Shown here piece after piece: positions 15,301 to 27,048 of a DNA stretch of 64,000 nt (the stretch's first letter is position 1; each line of letters opens with the position of its first letter). The stretch covers positions 9,734,001 through 9,798,000 of the forward strand of contig OZ004608.1 in the NCBI GenBank assembly GCA_963924565.1, in the 5' to 3' direction. The position numbers and the translations under genes were made by a program. This DNA comes from Ascidiella aspersa (lineage: Eukaryota). Under the pieces are notes generated by a model. That model made no database searches. It saw nothing but the letters and a program-made list of their open reading frames with translations, and was not told where the DNA came from.

Positions 15301-18300
15301 GTGCAAGTGCAGCAAGCACCGGATCCCGCACATTCACGACCTCGAGCTCGACTACTACCTCCGCATGGTGGCGCCCGTGGCGCAGCTGGTCGTTATCTGT
15401 GTGGTGAACACGCTCTATCCACAGGCGAGCCCCTACGACACCATGTTCGATAAGCTCTACGTAGACAGGAACAAGTGAGTGAACGCGCCCGTGATTTTCA
15501 CGTTTGTTATATAATAAATATTCATTATATACTAAATTTTTTCAAGCCTCAAATTTTGATTAAGTGTTTTTTGTTAAGGCCTAATTTTTTTAGGATCTTT
15601 CAGTTTTTTAGTTTTTTTTGTTTTCTACACCTCAAACATTATCATTTTTTACGATTTTTCTTTATAAACAAAAATCGCTTTCAAATTTAACATGCTCCTA
15701 AATAAAGTCATACTTAAAACGTACACAAAGGTTAACAGTTCGGTGTTTAAGGCACTTTAATGGGGGATTTTTTCACACTTGTAGTGGCTGGAAAATATTC
15801 CACCCTGTGCTATTCTACGATTCAGTGTGTGACCTTACTGGTCCCAAACTTCCAACTCCGCATATCGGACTCGGGACTTCAATCCAAAATAACCGAGTCT
15901 GGCTATGACCCCGCAGGTTTAATGTAACACGGAGAAGTTTCCCTTGTTCAAAATTATTACTAAGTCACATTTAGGAGTATTGTCGCATGGGTAACGAAAC
16001 GCGGCATAACGCAGCAAAAGTAAAACATGAAGATTTTTTAGTAATACTTATACGAGTAGGTAATTCCGTTTTTACTATTGCCTCGTTTAAAAAGCTGCAA
16101 AGGAAACATATCGCAGCGTGCCGCCCTACATTAAAAAAAACTTTTCAGACATTTCTAGTCCCCACTTTCAAACAATGAGAACAATAGACTATAAGTCACC
16201 ATTTTAACTGGCATAAAATTGCTTGGAGAGCTTAGCCAGTTAAAAAATTGTTTGGATTAGCAAGTTAACCGGTTTAAACACATGCAAAAAATGTGATTAC
16301 ATAATTGAATGTATAGCAAGCTTCATACCAAAGCCCAGAACCCAAATTGTGCGAGGTTGATATCCCTAGTTTCAGCTGGTGTTGACCTGGAAGTTAGCAA
16401 CATCTGTTATTATACCTTTCCAGGAACCGCTCTAAACCGTGTTCACAGTCGCGTCACGACCAATACCGCATCCTTAGGTACGACCTGGCCGTCGCCAAGC
16501 TGGGGTCAAACCGACCAGCCCCTCTACTGCTGGGGAGACACAACGTCGTGCCCGGGATGACACTGGTGATTGATAAAATATTACTTTTTTGCGTAATTTA
16601 TTATTTGACAGCTTTCTATTTTTTGACAGATGATGCTGGTGATTAAAACAAATATTTTATACAAATTTTTCAACTTTGTTGTTTGAAAACTGCAATACTT
16701 TTTTGCGGCCAACGTATATATAACAACCAAGAATCTTATTGTTAGAGTGATAATGAATTAACATTTTTACTAAAAATACGAACGTTTGCTTAATATTTAG
16801 GATTTGGTGCATTTTATGATAATAATCACCAAGTATAGTTCAACGTTAAACATGCAGAAGATAAAAGTTGGCTAACGTTACCCTGGAATGATGTAAGTTA
16901 AAAGCAATTCACAAAGCAGCAGTCTTAAATAACGTTGATTTTTTAATGTGTCGTTGAAGTGCAAATATCAAGAAGCCAAAAATTGTCGTGGCACGCCAAA
17001 AAATCGCTTAAAAGAAAAAAATAACGCGGTTTACAATCGTTTTCCTATACAATTCAATGTCCTAATCCAAAACCTAACCATCCTAAATACGGCAGATGTA
17101 CTGTGGTGGCCGTCTGCTCTTCGCCGACCACATTTTTAACGGATACGGCAACGCGCGCAACGATTTCCGCAAGCAGGTCTACAGGACGAAGCGAGAGTTT
17201 CTGCTCGGACACTTTCTGCCGGACGATTTTAGGTAAGGCGTTACCCTTTTTAAACATATTTGAATTGCCTTGTCGGCGGCCAACGCTAGTTTCTGTTTGT
17301 ACGATTTTGTTTGTGCTAGGGTTATATTTGTTATCTTTTAATTATTCCGTAGGGGTGATTTTAGTGTAAATTGTATAGTGGTACAGTATTCTTGATTTGA
17401 TGGCTGTATTGATTCTAGAAATGACGTTAGTACTTATAATTTAAGAAACATGTTTAGTCACGTATATGAAATTCCTGGCAACTTGTGTCGTAAAAACGAA
17501 AATTTGTTAGCATTTCTCTTTTTTCCCAGCCATTTTTCTATCTTCCGAGCCTTTGAAAAAAATCACTTTTCAATTTAACATGTTGAAGGTCCTTAACCAG
17601 CCCAAACTTCAGGCATGCACAAAAATTCAACTTTGTTTGCATTTCTCTTTCCCCGACCTTTTTCTTTATTTTTTGTTTTCCGAGTCGTACAACTTCAATT
17701 TCAAATTTATAACATGGAAGGCCCTATACTAAATAAACGCAAAATTTGAGCGAACACAAAGATTTCTGAATCCCCGTTGTTCCCTATTTTCAGGTTCACG
17801 CCGGGTCGTGGCAAAGCGGGTTCCAGGGCTGCCTGGGGCGGTCAAATGGGCGGCGCCGGTGTGGACGGCAAGGGGTCACCTGGGCTGTTCTTCAATAACC
17901 CGGGGGTCAAGGCCAAGTCGGCCGACTTCAACCCCCCGGTCCAGTCCGACGAGACCAGGTCCCTGGGTGACGTCACTTCCGATTCGACATTGGATTTGAA
18001 GATGCAGACCTCGAAGTGAGTTGTTGTGAAATCCTATCGAAAATATATAAGTTGTCCGATCTCGGGCGGTTTGGTCTCCGTAGATTTGTGAGCTCCAATT
18101 TTAATTGGTATATATCATTTATAACAATTATTTACGTCCAGTTCTTGGGCAATGCCACCCTACTCGACTTATTTTTTCCCTAAAATTTCCAGTTTTCTAT
18201 AAAGATTAAAGATGTAGACCTCGAAGTAAATTGTTGCCTTGAAATTTGAACGTAAACATTTTAGTTGCATTATATCTATTGTGAGGTCATAATAGCCCGT

Positions 18301-19024
18301 GTGGGGTACTGTCGTCATATATTTTGATGCTAACCGTAAAAAATTCAGTCCAATTCTATACGTGAAAAAAACGATTCTGTTCTGTTTAATTTTATATTGA
18401 AATGTTTACACCAATTATCGTGAAATTGGTATTTCTACGAAAAGTTTAGGCATCGTTTCCAAACACAATATTGAGCGATAATACTAAGATTTGTTCTCAA
18501 ACTTTGGCGATATACCGTGGCAATTAAAAAAAGAGCCGTTTTGGTCGGCATACTTGGATTATAACAAAGTCACGTCAATATTAGTAAAATGCAAGTTGTT
18601 CGCTGTGGTGGCTTTAAATATGCAATTTTACCCTTGGGTTTGTAACATGCTTTTACATTTAAAAGCCAAGTATAAAGCACTAATTTTTATTCTACTGTAT
18701 AGTCTCCAATTTGTTAGCCCTAAAATTGCTATTACGTTTTGGCTTAAACTCTGTCGCTCCACTTTTTTTCCCAGAAGTTTCGACACGGCGCGCGACTTCG
18801 TGCAATTCACCCTCTCCACCAAGATGTACGTCATACCGCCGTCGGCCAATCACAAGCGCAGTCGGACGAGAATCGACCACCGCTCGCACTCGACCGCCAC
18901 CTCGCGGTACGCGCGGCACAACTCGAGCTTTCCGCCAGCGGGCGCCACGCCGCACTCGTCGGTCAACGACGACGGTTCGTTGCGTCAGCTGAGCAGTTTT
19001 TCACGGCTGCAGACTGTGAAGTAG
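330..19024 (+). CDS. C3orf20: FAM194-domain protein, C3orf20/ERICH6-like (multi-exon, 5' end probably incomplete)
   Basis: GT-AG exons, approximate: 330-1156, (2290-2397?), 2624-2819, 3345-3422, 3696-3854, 4417-4519, 5141-5304, 6058-6187, 6821-7103, 8602-8725, 9531-9740, 10644-10783, 11874-12003, 13282-13491, 15273-15473, 16423-16568, 17096-17232, 17794-18015, 18775-19024 (TAG). Translation includes ADGSTTVYYPKTGEIAF...FANDENRTCLASFTPYGK..CCYHKNGAPGLILTDQGG..LKRWEWP (FAM194-type) and HNVVPGMTLMYCGGRLLFADHIFNGY..FLPDDFR, which resembles the C3orf20 C-terminus as I recall it; no search was run. Confidence 0.72.
4066..4325. mobile_element. Two head-to-head fragments of the tRNA-derived SINE (- copy ~4066-4154, + copy ~4156-4325)
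   Basis: 4156-4325 aligns with the body of the 30001-30230 element (ctcactgc..ttgcatcat..gattcggtgag.ctgcga..ggtcaaaaagca). 4066-4154 is the reverse complement of its head/body junction. Confidence 0.75.
4770..5108. mobile_element. hAT-type MITE (same family as 19239-19579, opposite orientation)
   Basis: Degenerate CAGGGGTTCTTAAAC-like termini and internal ggacccc repeats. Similar to 19239-19579 and 50577-50877. Confidence 0.6.
9126..9340. mobile_element. Palindromic MITE-like element
   Basis: Inverted termini: acactagacgcgttttgc ... gcaaaacgcgtctagtgt. Confidence 0.6.
12159..12506. mobile_element. Foldback/MITE with ~47-bp terminal inverted repeats, interrupted by a 137-bp insertion
   Basis: gagcaaatattcgttagactttactgtcttaatcagagtcaatcagg (12159-12205) is an inverted match to cctgaccgactttaattaagacagtaaagtctaaagactatttactc (12459-12506). 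The inner arms resume after 12341. Confidence 0.7.
12288..12325 (-). ncRNA. Minimal type I hammerhead ribozyme (Penelope-like element type)
   Basis: Minus strand reads GCA-CTGATGA-T-GGCAA-AAGAAC-TTGCC-GAAA-CG-TT-TGC. It has an intact CUGAUGA/GAAA core, a 5-bp stem II, a 3-bp stem I (GCA/TGC), a palindromic loopless stem III (ACGT) and a GUU cleavage triplet, and is followed by AATAAA. Confidence 0.72.
13609..13941. mobile_element. hAT-family MITE with perfect 8-bp TSD
   Basis: Termini cagttgttccaaac ... gtttgccaaacactg, flanked on both sides by ccttaaga (13601-13608 and 13942-13949). Confidence 0.8.
14100..14605. repeat. Degenerate (AATTAG/ATTAG)n tandem repeat array
   Basis: Repeated aattagattagaattag units at ~14106-14270 and ~14490-14600. 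Confidence 0.7.
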
Positions 19025-19238
19025 CGACGGCGGATCTTGGTCGTTTTTGTGAAAAGTTGCTGGCTGTTTTCGTAGCGTAGCACGAAAAAACACAGAACTG
19101 CGGCCTTCTGGCCGGCGTCTGAAACTTCGGTTTGATTTTTGATCAAAAAAAGACGCGCTTTTATTTTTGATAAATGAAAATGGAAAAAACAAAAAAAAAT
19201 GAAATGAAATAAAAAGCAACGGAATTTAACTTCGAAAT

Positions 19239-19579
19239 CAGGGGTTTTTAAACTGGGGTCCATGGACCCCTTGGGGGTACGTGAACTAGTTTTAGGGGGT
19301 CCATGAAACTCTAGTTGAAATATTAGTGTATATTTAAAAAGTAATCATTTGTTTTGAAGAAAAGTGTTGAATTAAAAATAAAACGTTTTGCACTGAATGT
19401 ATATTTGGACTCCATTGCGCTTTTACATTTTTTAACCGGAAACAGCACATTTTTGAAGTATACTTGCATTGTGACATCAGTTTTTGACGTCATCTCTAAA
19501 TTCCCCTGCCTCCACTGGTCCACGCGAAGCAAAAATATTTTTTAGGGATCTGCGGTAAAAAAAAGTTTAAGAACCCCTG
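19239..19579. mobile_element. hAT-type MITE
   Basis: TIRs caggggtttttaaact ... agtttaagaacccctg, with imperfect 8-bp flanks ttcgaaat/ttctaaac. Confidence 0.72.
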
Positions 19580-20478
19580 TTCTAAACGGCCTTTAATTTT
19601 GCTAATCTTTGGCATGGCTATTCCTTGACACACATAGGCTATGCGTGATTAGAGATAACTTATGTTTTATTCAAGCACAAGTACACTATTTTTTTTCGCT
19701 TAGTAGTACAACAAATTACAACTCACCAGTATATTGCAAAATGATTCCTCAATTTGTAAATGCTTTTTGAGATGCCAAATCCGTAGTTTTCTTTCATCGT
19801 TTTATCGAAGTTTAGCGATGTTTTGAATGCATGCAAGTTGATCTGTTTTTCAAGTGTTTGTGAAGCTTTTTTACTTTTTTTAATTTAGACACAATATACG
19901 TTTCCTATACACATACTTGATGGGTGCACTTTTATTGGAACTAGAACAGCACAATTTGAGCGAGGTTGTAAATAAGCCTTTGCACATCATTAGCGACATT
20001 ACAGTATATTCAGTCCGATATTATAAATGAACTTTTGATTAATTGGCAAATTATGTTGTACTTTCAAATTTAGGCGAACTAATACAGTAGTTTGTTTAGT
20101 TAATAATCTTTACTTATTTTTCAGCAATACAGTAATACAGGAACAAACTTGGCAACTAGAAGTCTAGTTGTCTAGCGCGACTAATGCACTCAACATGCTG
20201 CTAATTTATATCTAATTATTATTATTAACGAAAATGCTATTTTGCAATTCGAACAAAATTGCTAACTTTGTGTAACTATAATTCTCATCTTATAATTGGG
20301 AAAGCTCAAAAGCAGTAATTTAAAGTCTTATCTAATGAGTAAAAAGCTGAAAAGATTCTTCTTGTTGAAGTCTGTATGGAATGGATCTGGCTAAGAGCCA
20401 AGTTCGGACAAAAACTGAACTACGGTATGGGTTATCTTCCTCAGTCTGAATGAATGCGAAATATTAGTCTAGACCAGA

Positions 20479-21279
20479 CCAGGGGTGTCCAACTCAAACA
20501 TACTGGCGTGCCAATTTTTATTCTATAACCTCTTTCCGTGCCAAAGTTTAGTAACTATAATTCTCTCTGATAATAAAAGCGTTTCTTTACTAATAATGAA
20601 AACGTGTAGCAGCAGTGCGCATTACTGTATCTAAATGTCCGTCGGTGAGCTGACTTTTGCTTCTTATTTCTTCACACCAAACTTTATAGTTATGTGAATG
20701 CTAGCCTTCAGTGCAATATAATGTTATAGTATTAGAAGTAATTGCTGTAAGTTGTCGTAATTGCCGCGATTATTTTATATTGCGAATAAACAATAGCAAT
20801 TTACCGCTTAAAAAATAAGTATTTCTTGACAATTGGCTGAATAACAAATTAAGTATTGGGGATTGCGTGACATTTTTTATTAGGTCGCGTGCCACATTTG
20901 GCACGCGTGCCGCTTGTTGGATAGACCAGCGGTTCTCAAGCCTGGTCTAGACCAGCGGTTCTCAAGGTGGGCCATAAAAACATTTAAGGTGGGCCACAGA
21001 CCAATTTAAAAAAGCTAGATTTAGTTTCATTTGTGTAATTATATTTAATTTTACAGGAATAATGGTTTGGCGAAGAATTAAAAAGGAATGTAAATTTATT
21101 GTTCAGCCGCAAGTATCTAACTAATGCACGGTTGAATAAATAATCTGTTTTGAAATATGTTCTGCGGTGTTTTGTTCTAAACCTATTTTACAGTTTTTTC
21201 ATTCATAAAAAAATATTGGGCGACATAATTTTGTTGCAACGTAAATGGGCCACGAAAGAAAAAAGGTTGAGAACCACTG
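20479..21279. mobile_element. Two adjacent hAT-type MITEs (~20479-20920 and ~20953-21279)
   Basis: caggggtgtccaac...gttgga, then cagcggttctcaagg...ggttgagaaccactg. The junction contains tagaccagcggttctcaag twice. The second element matches 45039-45647 in reverse orientation. Confidence 0.65.
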
Positions 21280-21798
21280 CTCTAGTAAATCACTAAGCCA
21301 TGGGTGAAAGTAGAATAATTGCCATACAGAAATGCGTGGTGATGTCATAGACTTACGTCATTACGGAACTCCATTAAGCAAGTGACCTTGAGAAACGAAA
21401 TGTTATCGTTCGATCTCGTGTAGAAATCTCAGTATTCAAAGAACTAGCGACAAATTATTTGTGCAACAAGAAAATAGGTTTATTGGTTTTCAATTGAAAA
21501 ATAAAAGTAATCTAGATGGGACGTAGGGCATTCGATCCAAAAAAATTGACGCATTGCTCGATTTATTGGTATTCAATTTTTTGTTGCAATAACATGATTA
21601 CAGTATAAGGTAAAATGAGTAATTTCGATAAAAAAATATATACACTATTTTGACCAGCACACCGCTCTAGATCCGTCCTGGCTTACTTACACTACACTAT
21701 GGATCGGTGAAATAGTGTTGTTTTAAACTACCATAAAAAAGTGTTGCTTTGCACTACAATAGCGCACATGAAAAAAACGCAGTCGACACAAGTCGTTG

Positions 21799-23108
21799 TC
21801 ACTCGTTAGTCGAAATAATCTCGCTCAGGTCGGACCATACGTCGTCCAACGGCGGTATTGCTCTGGTGCGAGCAACCACGCTGCTCAGAGGCGGAATGTG
21901 GTGGAAAACGGTCGAGGCGGTGGCGGTAGGCACAGCGTAAACCGGCGCCACGCGGTTCGCAATTGTTTCCAGCCCAGCCAAGCTCACAGTCGAGTGCTTA
22001 CTAATCAGATGCGTGGGAATTTCATCTTGTACTTGCGGCGCTTTGTTGTACCCATTTAAAATAACCGGCTTTACTTCAACTGTTTCCCCATTGGTTGGCG
22101 CGTAAAGCCCGGAGGCGTGTGATTGGTCCTTGGTTCGGCGTCTGTTACGTGGCGGTGACGTCATTTCGGGTTCGTTGGAGGCGGCGGCGGCGTCGATGGC
22201 GTCGATCATGTTCAGGTCGTCGTCGTTGCTGCACCAGAATCGCCTTCGCTCCTCAAAGTCTCGCTTGCCGTCGAGGCAGTCGCGCAGGAACTGAATGTAG
22301 CGACTCGCCAGCTGTTACAAAGGACAAGGTTTACAGGATATAGGCTGCTGGAAAATCACGTGGACTTCTACTATGCTAGGTCATACCACTAGGGGTATTT
22401 TGTAAAATGTACCATTTCTGGAGCTTAAATCTCAAACAAAATTTTAGATGATTTGCTTTTATACTGGCCTCAGTTAAACGCTTTTTATTTTTTTATTTAA
22501 ACAGCAAAAAGATTTTATTCAAATGCGAAACCGTGAACGGTATTTAAAAAGAAATCACGTGAACGGTTGCCTACAAAATCTAATATAACTTTGAAAGCCT
22601 GAAATGTGAAATATGGCCAAGCTTTTCTGCCGTCCATTAAAAAAACAGCTTTAATGCCACTACACACCAAGTTACTCAAAATAATCTGTTAGAAAAAACA
22701 CTTTTGGGATTTGTAAAAATAATTTAGTTTTCATACAGTAAACATGCTTTTTCCCTGGCGTTAAAATAGCTTAGGCCGAAAGACTTCAAAGCACGTTAGT
22801 TCTTAATTAGTTGATATAATTTGCAACTACCGGACAAAATAGCTTGTAACATTCAACCATTGTAAGGCTATCTCTAAACAACTCACCTGAAGAGTTTGCT
22901 TTTTGTGCAACTTTCTTCCGGCCGGTAATCGAACTGGGATGACCTTTTGGAGCGATTCCAGAGATTCATTAAATACTCTAAGTCTCTCCCTTTCTCGAAC
23001 GGCAGCGTAGGGCTTCTTCGGGGGTTGGGACTTGAAAAAAGGCTCGTGGTAGATTTGAACAGAGTCCTCCTTTTTTGACTTTCTCCTACCGCCTTTTCGC
23101 GCTGGCAT
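21799..23108 (-). CDS. Divergent group-A bHLH transcription factor, cluster member E (~244 aa)
   Basis: Exons 23108-22887 and 22311-21799 (phase 0, GT-AG). Translation: AAVRERERLRVFNESLESLQKVIPVRLPAGRKLHKKQTLQ|LASRYIQFLRDCLDGKRDFEERRRFWC. Confidence 0.88.
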
Positions 23109-26100
23109 CTTAAAATTGATTTTAGTCGCGGCTTGACTGCTGATTTTAAACTTGAACTTGGAAGGTCTAGCTGGTAACGCTCACTTCTTGCAGTTTGTTC
23201 TTTGGTTCAAAATGGCTGAAACTGCTGGTTATCATTGACAGTTACACTTATTAGGTTTGATCTTTATCCAATAGCCTATTCAGGCTTTTTCTTTCACACA
23301 TATATTCAAACCAAACTAAAATTTGCTCTATATTGTATTTTCTGGACCAGCGGACTATATGTGAGCAATCAGCAAACGAACTTTAGTTAACTTCTTCATT
23401 TGAAATTAGTAAAACCGCAACTGGTAAAAGAAAAACGAGCTTGCCTAATGCGCTATACGCGCATGCCGAGCTTTCGCAGCCGTGGTAGGCGATTTAGGCC
23501 GTTGTAAGGATGTACAGTTTCCGTATTGCTTCACGCAAGCGCCAGCACTCGTTTCAAATCCATCACACAGCCGTTGCATGGAGTAACGGCGGTTCAAAGC
23601 GGTTTTACTGCGCTGGCGGATTGTTCAAGGTACAGCCTAAAAATAAGTGTTTACATTTTGTTGTGAGAACAAAAGCACTCAAAAACAATAGTGTACGAAT
23701 TTAATCTAATTTATTAAAGCTCCGCTAAATCTTAAAATTTATTAAATACACAACATGTTGTCTTTTTTGTTATAACTTTAACGGTAATTCAACAGTAACA
23801 ATGGTTATAGAAATTTGAGGTTTGTGAAACCAAGTTTAACATATTATGTTGTCTGCTGCTAAAAATTACGCTACTTGTGTGTACACTTTTGTAAACTCTA
23901 TTACTTTGGAAATTACTGTGTAACGTAAAAAAGGTTCTTCCATATAGGTCGTTAATACATAGCGGTACATTAAATTAGAATTTACTAAGTATTCGGGTAT
24001 TGTATTGAAGTACAATGGCGAGTTCCATCGTAGGTAATACAACTTAAGTTCCCAATTCTAATCTCTTTTTATTGTCTACACTTCGCAGTGAATTTGTATA
24101 ACAGCGTGATTATTTGCCCAGGTGAACAGCGCTGTGGAAGTTATAGTTGGACTACGGTTTAAAAAACCCGATCAATCTTTTTTGCCGCCGTCTATTTTAA
24201 ATCGGAAAAACACACAAAGGTCTTACGCAAATAAAAGCCAGCGATACGTACCACTGTCCGGCGGCTTGCGTTTTTGCACCTTTGCAATTCGCTGTTGCGA
24301 CGTTGTGGCGTATACGACTTAAAATATTTAATAACACACTTTTGACATTTTGTTTTTTAGGGAGGGGGTACGCTTTCGTGACAACTTTTGACTACTGTTT
24401 GTTAAAACAACCAATATGTGACTTTCCTTTCGAAAATGTCCTGCGTTGTTTATGTATCTATAAATGTATTCTTACTTACAAGTAGAATACATTTATAAAA
24501 AATCTAAAAAGAAAACACAAAAATCGTTTATAGTTTGTAAGACAAGCTGTGTTAAAAAACTTTATACTCAAAATTAACAGAAACATGTTTGTTTTATACT
24601 TTTCCGTTGCACTTTTATAGCGTGTTTGGCAAACACTGAGGTAAAATTATCTCACTTAAATCACACACGTGCGTCGTACGCTTAGCTTTTTGTTGCAAAT
24701 AACATGCGCGGCAAAAATTGCTAGGCAATACTGCCGTTAAATGTTATTACAGCGAATTAAGTTTTGCGTTAAGCACGGTAAACTTTCGCTATCCGGTAAA
24801 AACTGTTGCGTGAGAACGAATATTTGTCGAACTGTTAGTTTCCACTCCCAACAGGTCCGCGGGGAAATATTATTTTGTCGGTCCATGCATTGCTTCCTAA
24901 CGAAAACACCGTGTTGGTAATTCTTAAGTTCTCACGAAAACGTTATTTGTTTTTGGTTTTTGCAAAAGTAGCCGTGGGATACAAAATGCTAAACATTTTA
25001 AGTGTTACTGTACAAACATATCTAAAAATTAATGTTACAAAAAAACATAAGATATTTAATTCATCGTGTGAATAATATTGCGCAATTCGAGTAATCCTCT
25101 AAATAAGTTTCAGCGTAATGCAATAGCTTACATAAAACTTTTTTTAATGAAGTTGTGCTTTCTTTACCAATCTATTTGTAATATAGTAGAGATAAGCATG
25201 GAAAGAGTGCTTACGTATCACATTTAATGCCGTACTCGCATATTTTCAAATTAAAAAGTAGAAGTTCGGACAGTACAATTTAAATGAAATTCAATGTAAA
25301 GTCTAAAGATACGTACTTACCATATCAGATAATTCTCGATACTTCAATTAAAAAAAAAATATATATAAAGATGGTTTTAAAAAGAATACACCGTGATGCT
25401 GTCACACGAAATAGTCAAATATTACACTTTAGTGAAATTATACCGACTATATTCCAACACCAGTAAATTAAAAAATATTCCGTTCATTCTTCTTTTATAA
25501 ACATATACGATATTTCAGTTTTGAATTTGTGACAATATCGGTTTGGAGCCGATACCAAACGCCAAGTGGTATACCAGGGCGGTATCGGTGTCTATACGAT
25601 ACTAAATTGATATCGGAATTTTTTTAAGCTTTGCGATCCAACGAATCTATTCTAGTTTGAAATCAAAATTTATTAAAGAATATAATATAAATAACCACCG
25701 GGTGTAACTACATTTTTAACTTTTTGGTTTAATACCCTGGTATAAACATTAGCTTTATACGTTATTATTTAGTTTACTATGCTTGTTAGGGCATAGTAAT
25801 GAGCCGTTTGGTATCAAAGCGGATCGCGAAATTTTTTGGCCGAAAATATGAGGTATTCGAAAAAAATTAAGGAACGGACATCCCTAAATTCGATCATGTC
25901 CAATTTGCCCGTACACCAGCAAACCTAAAGGTAGATGATGGCGTATAGAAGCCGAGTGACGTGTCAAGTGCGAGATTTGTTGACCAACGCAGCAGGTGAT
26001 TGCGTCACGAGAGCAGTCGGCGCTTTCAAAGCTACGCCTCGTGCGTCCGACCCTGGTCCCGCAAAGAATCGAGTGCATAGGTGAGAACCCTGGAATAACT

Positions 26101-26918
26101 TCCGCCTTCCGGGCGTGACGTAAGCTCGCTCGAGCCCAATCAGCGATGAGACGAAACGAAATTTTCAGATGTGGTGTTATTTTTAAATTAAAAATTATTC
26201 CCCAATACACTTAATATTTTTCTTAACAATTGCGTTCTTTAAATTACAAAAATATATGTTTTAAAACAAGTTGTTATAGCCTATACACCATTTTAGATTT
26301 TTAATTTTAGAATTTCGTTTATGTTGCGAGTGTTTGAGAAGTCCGATAGATATGGCCAGCATATCAGTTAAGGTTTTTTTAAATAACGAAATTTTTTTTT
26401 TAAATACGTATATTATAACATGCTAGATTTTGAGTATACTATATTTGCCTCTAGAAGTCATAAATGCTACAGCGCAATATAGCAACGATATTCGAAGCTG
26501 TAAACCGCCGCCGGGTTAAAAAAATGATTTGCTACTTTTTCGAAAACGGAGACCCAGCGTTCCAACAGTTACATAAACAGCAAAACCCTGGGTAAACACA
26601 AGGATGAAAACAAAACCGGCGTCAGCAGCCCAGCGTAGGCAAACAGATCCACGGAAAATTTCCTCAAGGCGAAAGGCGGGCTTTTGAAAAGCGCCGCCGA
26701 CTGTAGGTCGGATGTCCACATTCAGCCCAGCATCCGACTCAAGCCTCATTGTCACTTGCCGCCCAGCAACCCTTGGGCCGGTCGCGCCTGGAGATGGCAC
26801 AGGGGCAGTCCGTCTGGGCCTTAACTCCCCCGGGCCGACGCTCTCCCCTCTTTGGGGGATATCTGGCCGGATATTGGGAGGCCGAAGAAAAAGTGCAAAC
26901 CCTGGCTGGGCAAAATCG

Positions 26919-26925
26919 TATAAAT
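26919..26925 (+). promoter_or_regulatory. Probable TATA box of bHLH gene D
   Basis: TATAAAT ~130 nt upstream of the ATG at 27049, at the 3' edge of a GC-rich island (~26600-26915). Confidence 0.5.
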
Positions 26926-27048
26926 GCCTCGCGCTTTCGATGAGAGGACACTATTCGATTTGAATCGACCAGCATCTAACATTGCATATAATTAAAGGTT
27001 TACGAATTTTGAGCCTTCTTACCGAAGTTAATATACTCTAAATCAAGA

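Noticed and set aside
20395-20448. CTGAGGA...CGAAC hammerhead-like motif on the minus strand
   Set aside because: The core is imperfect and there is no convincing stem I or III.
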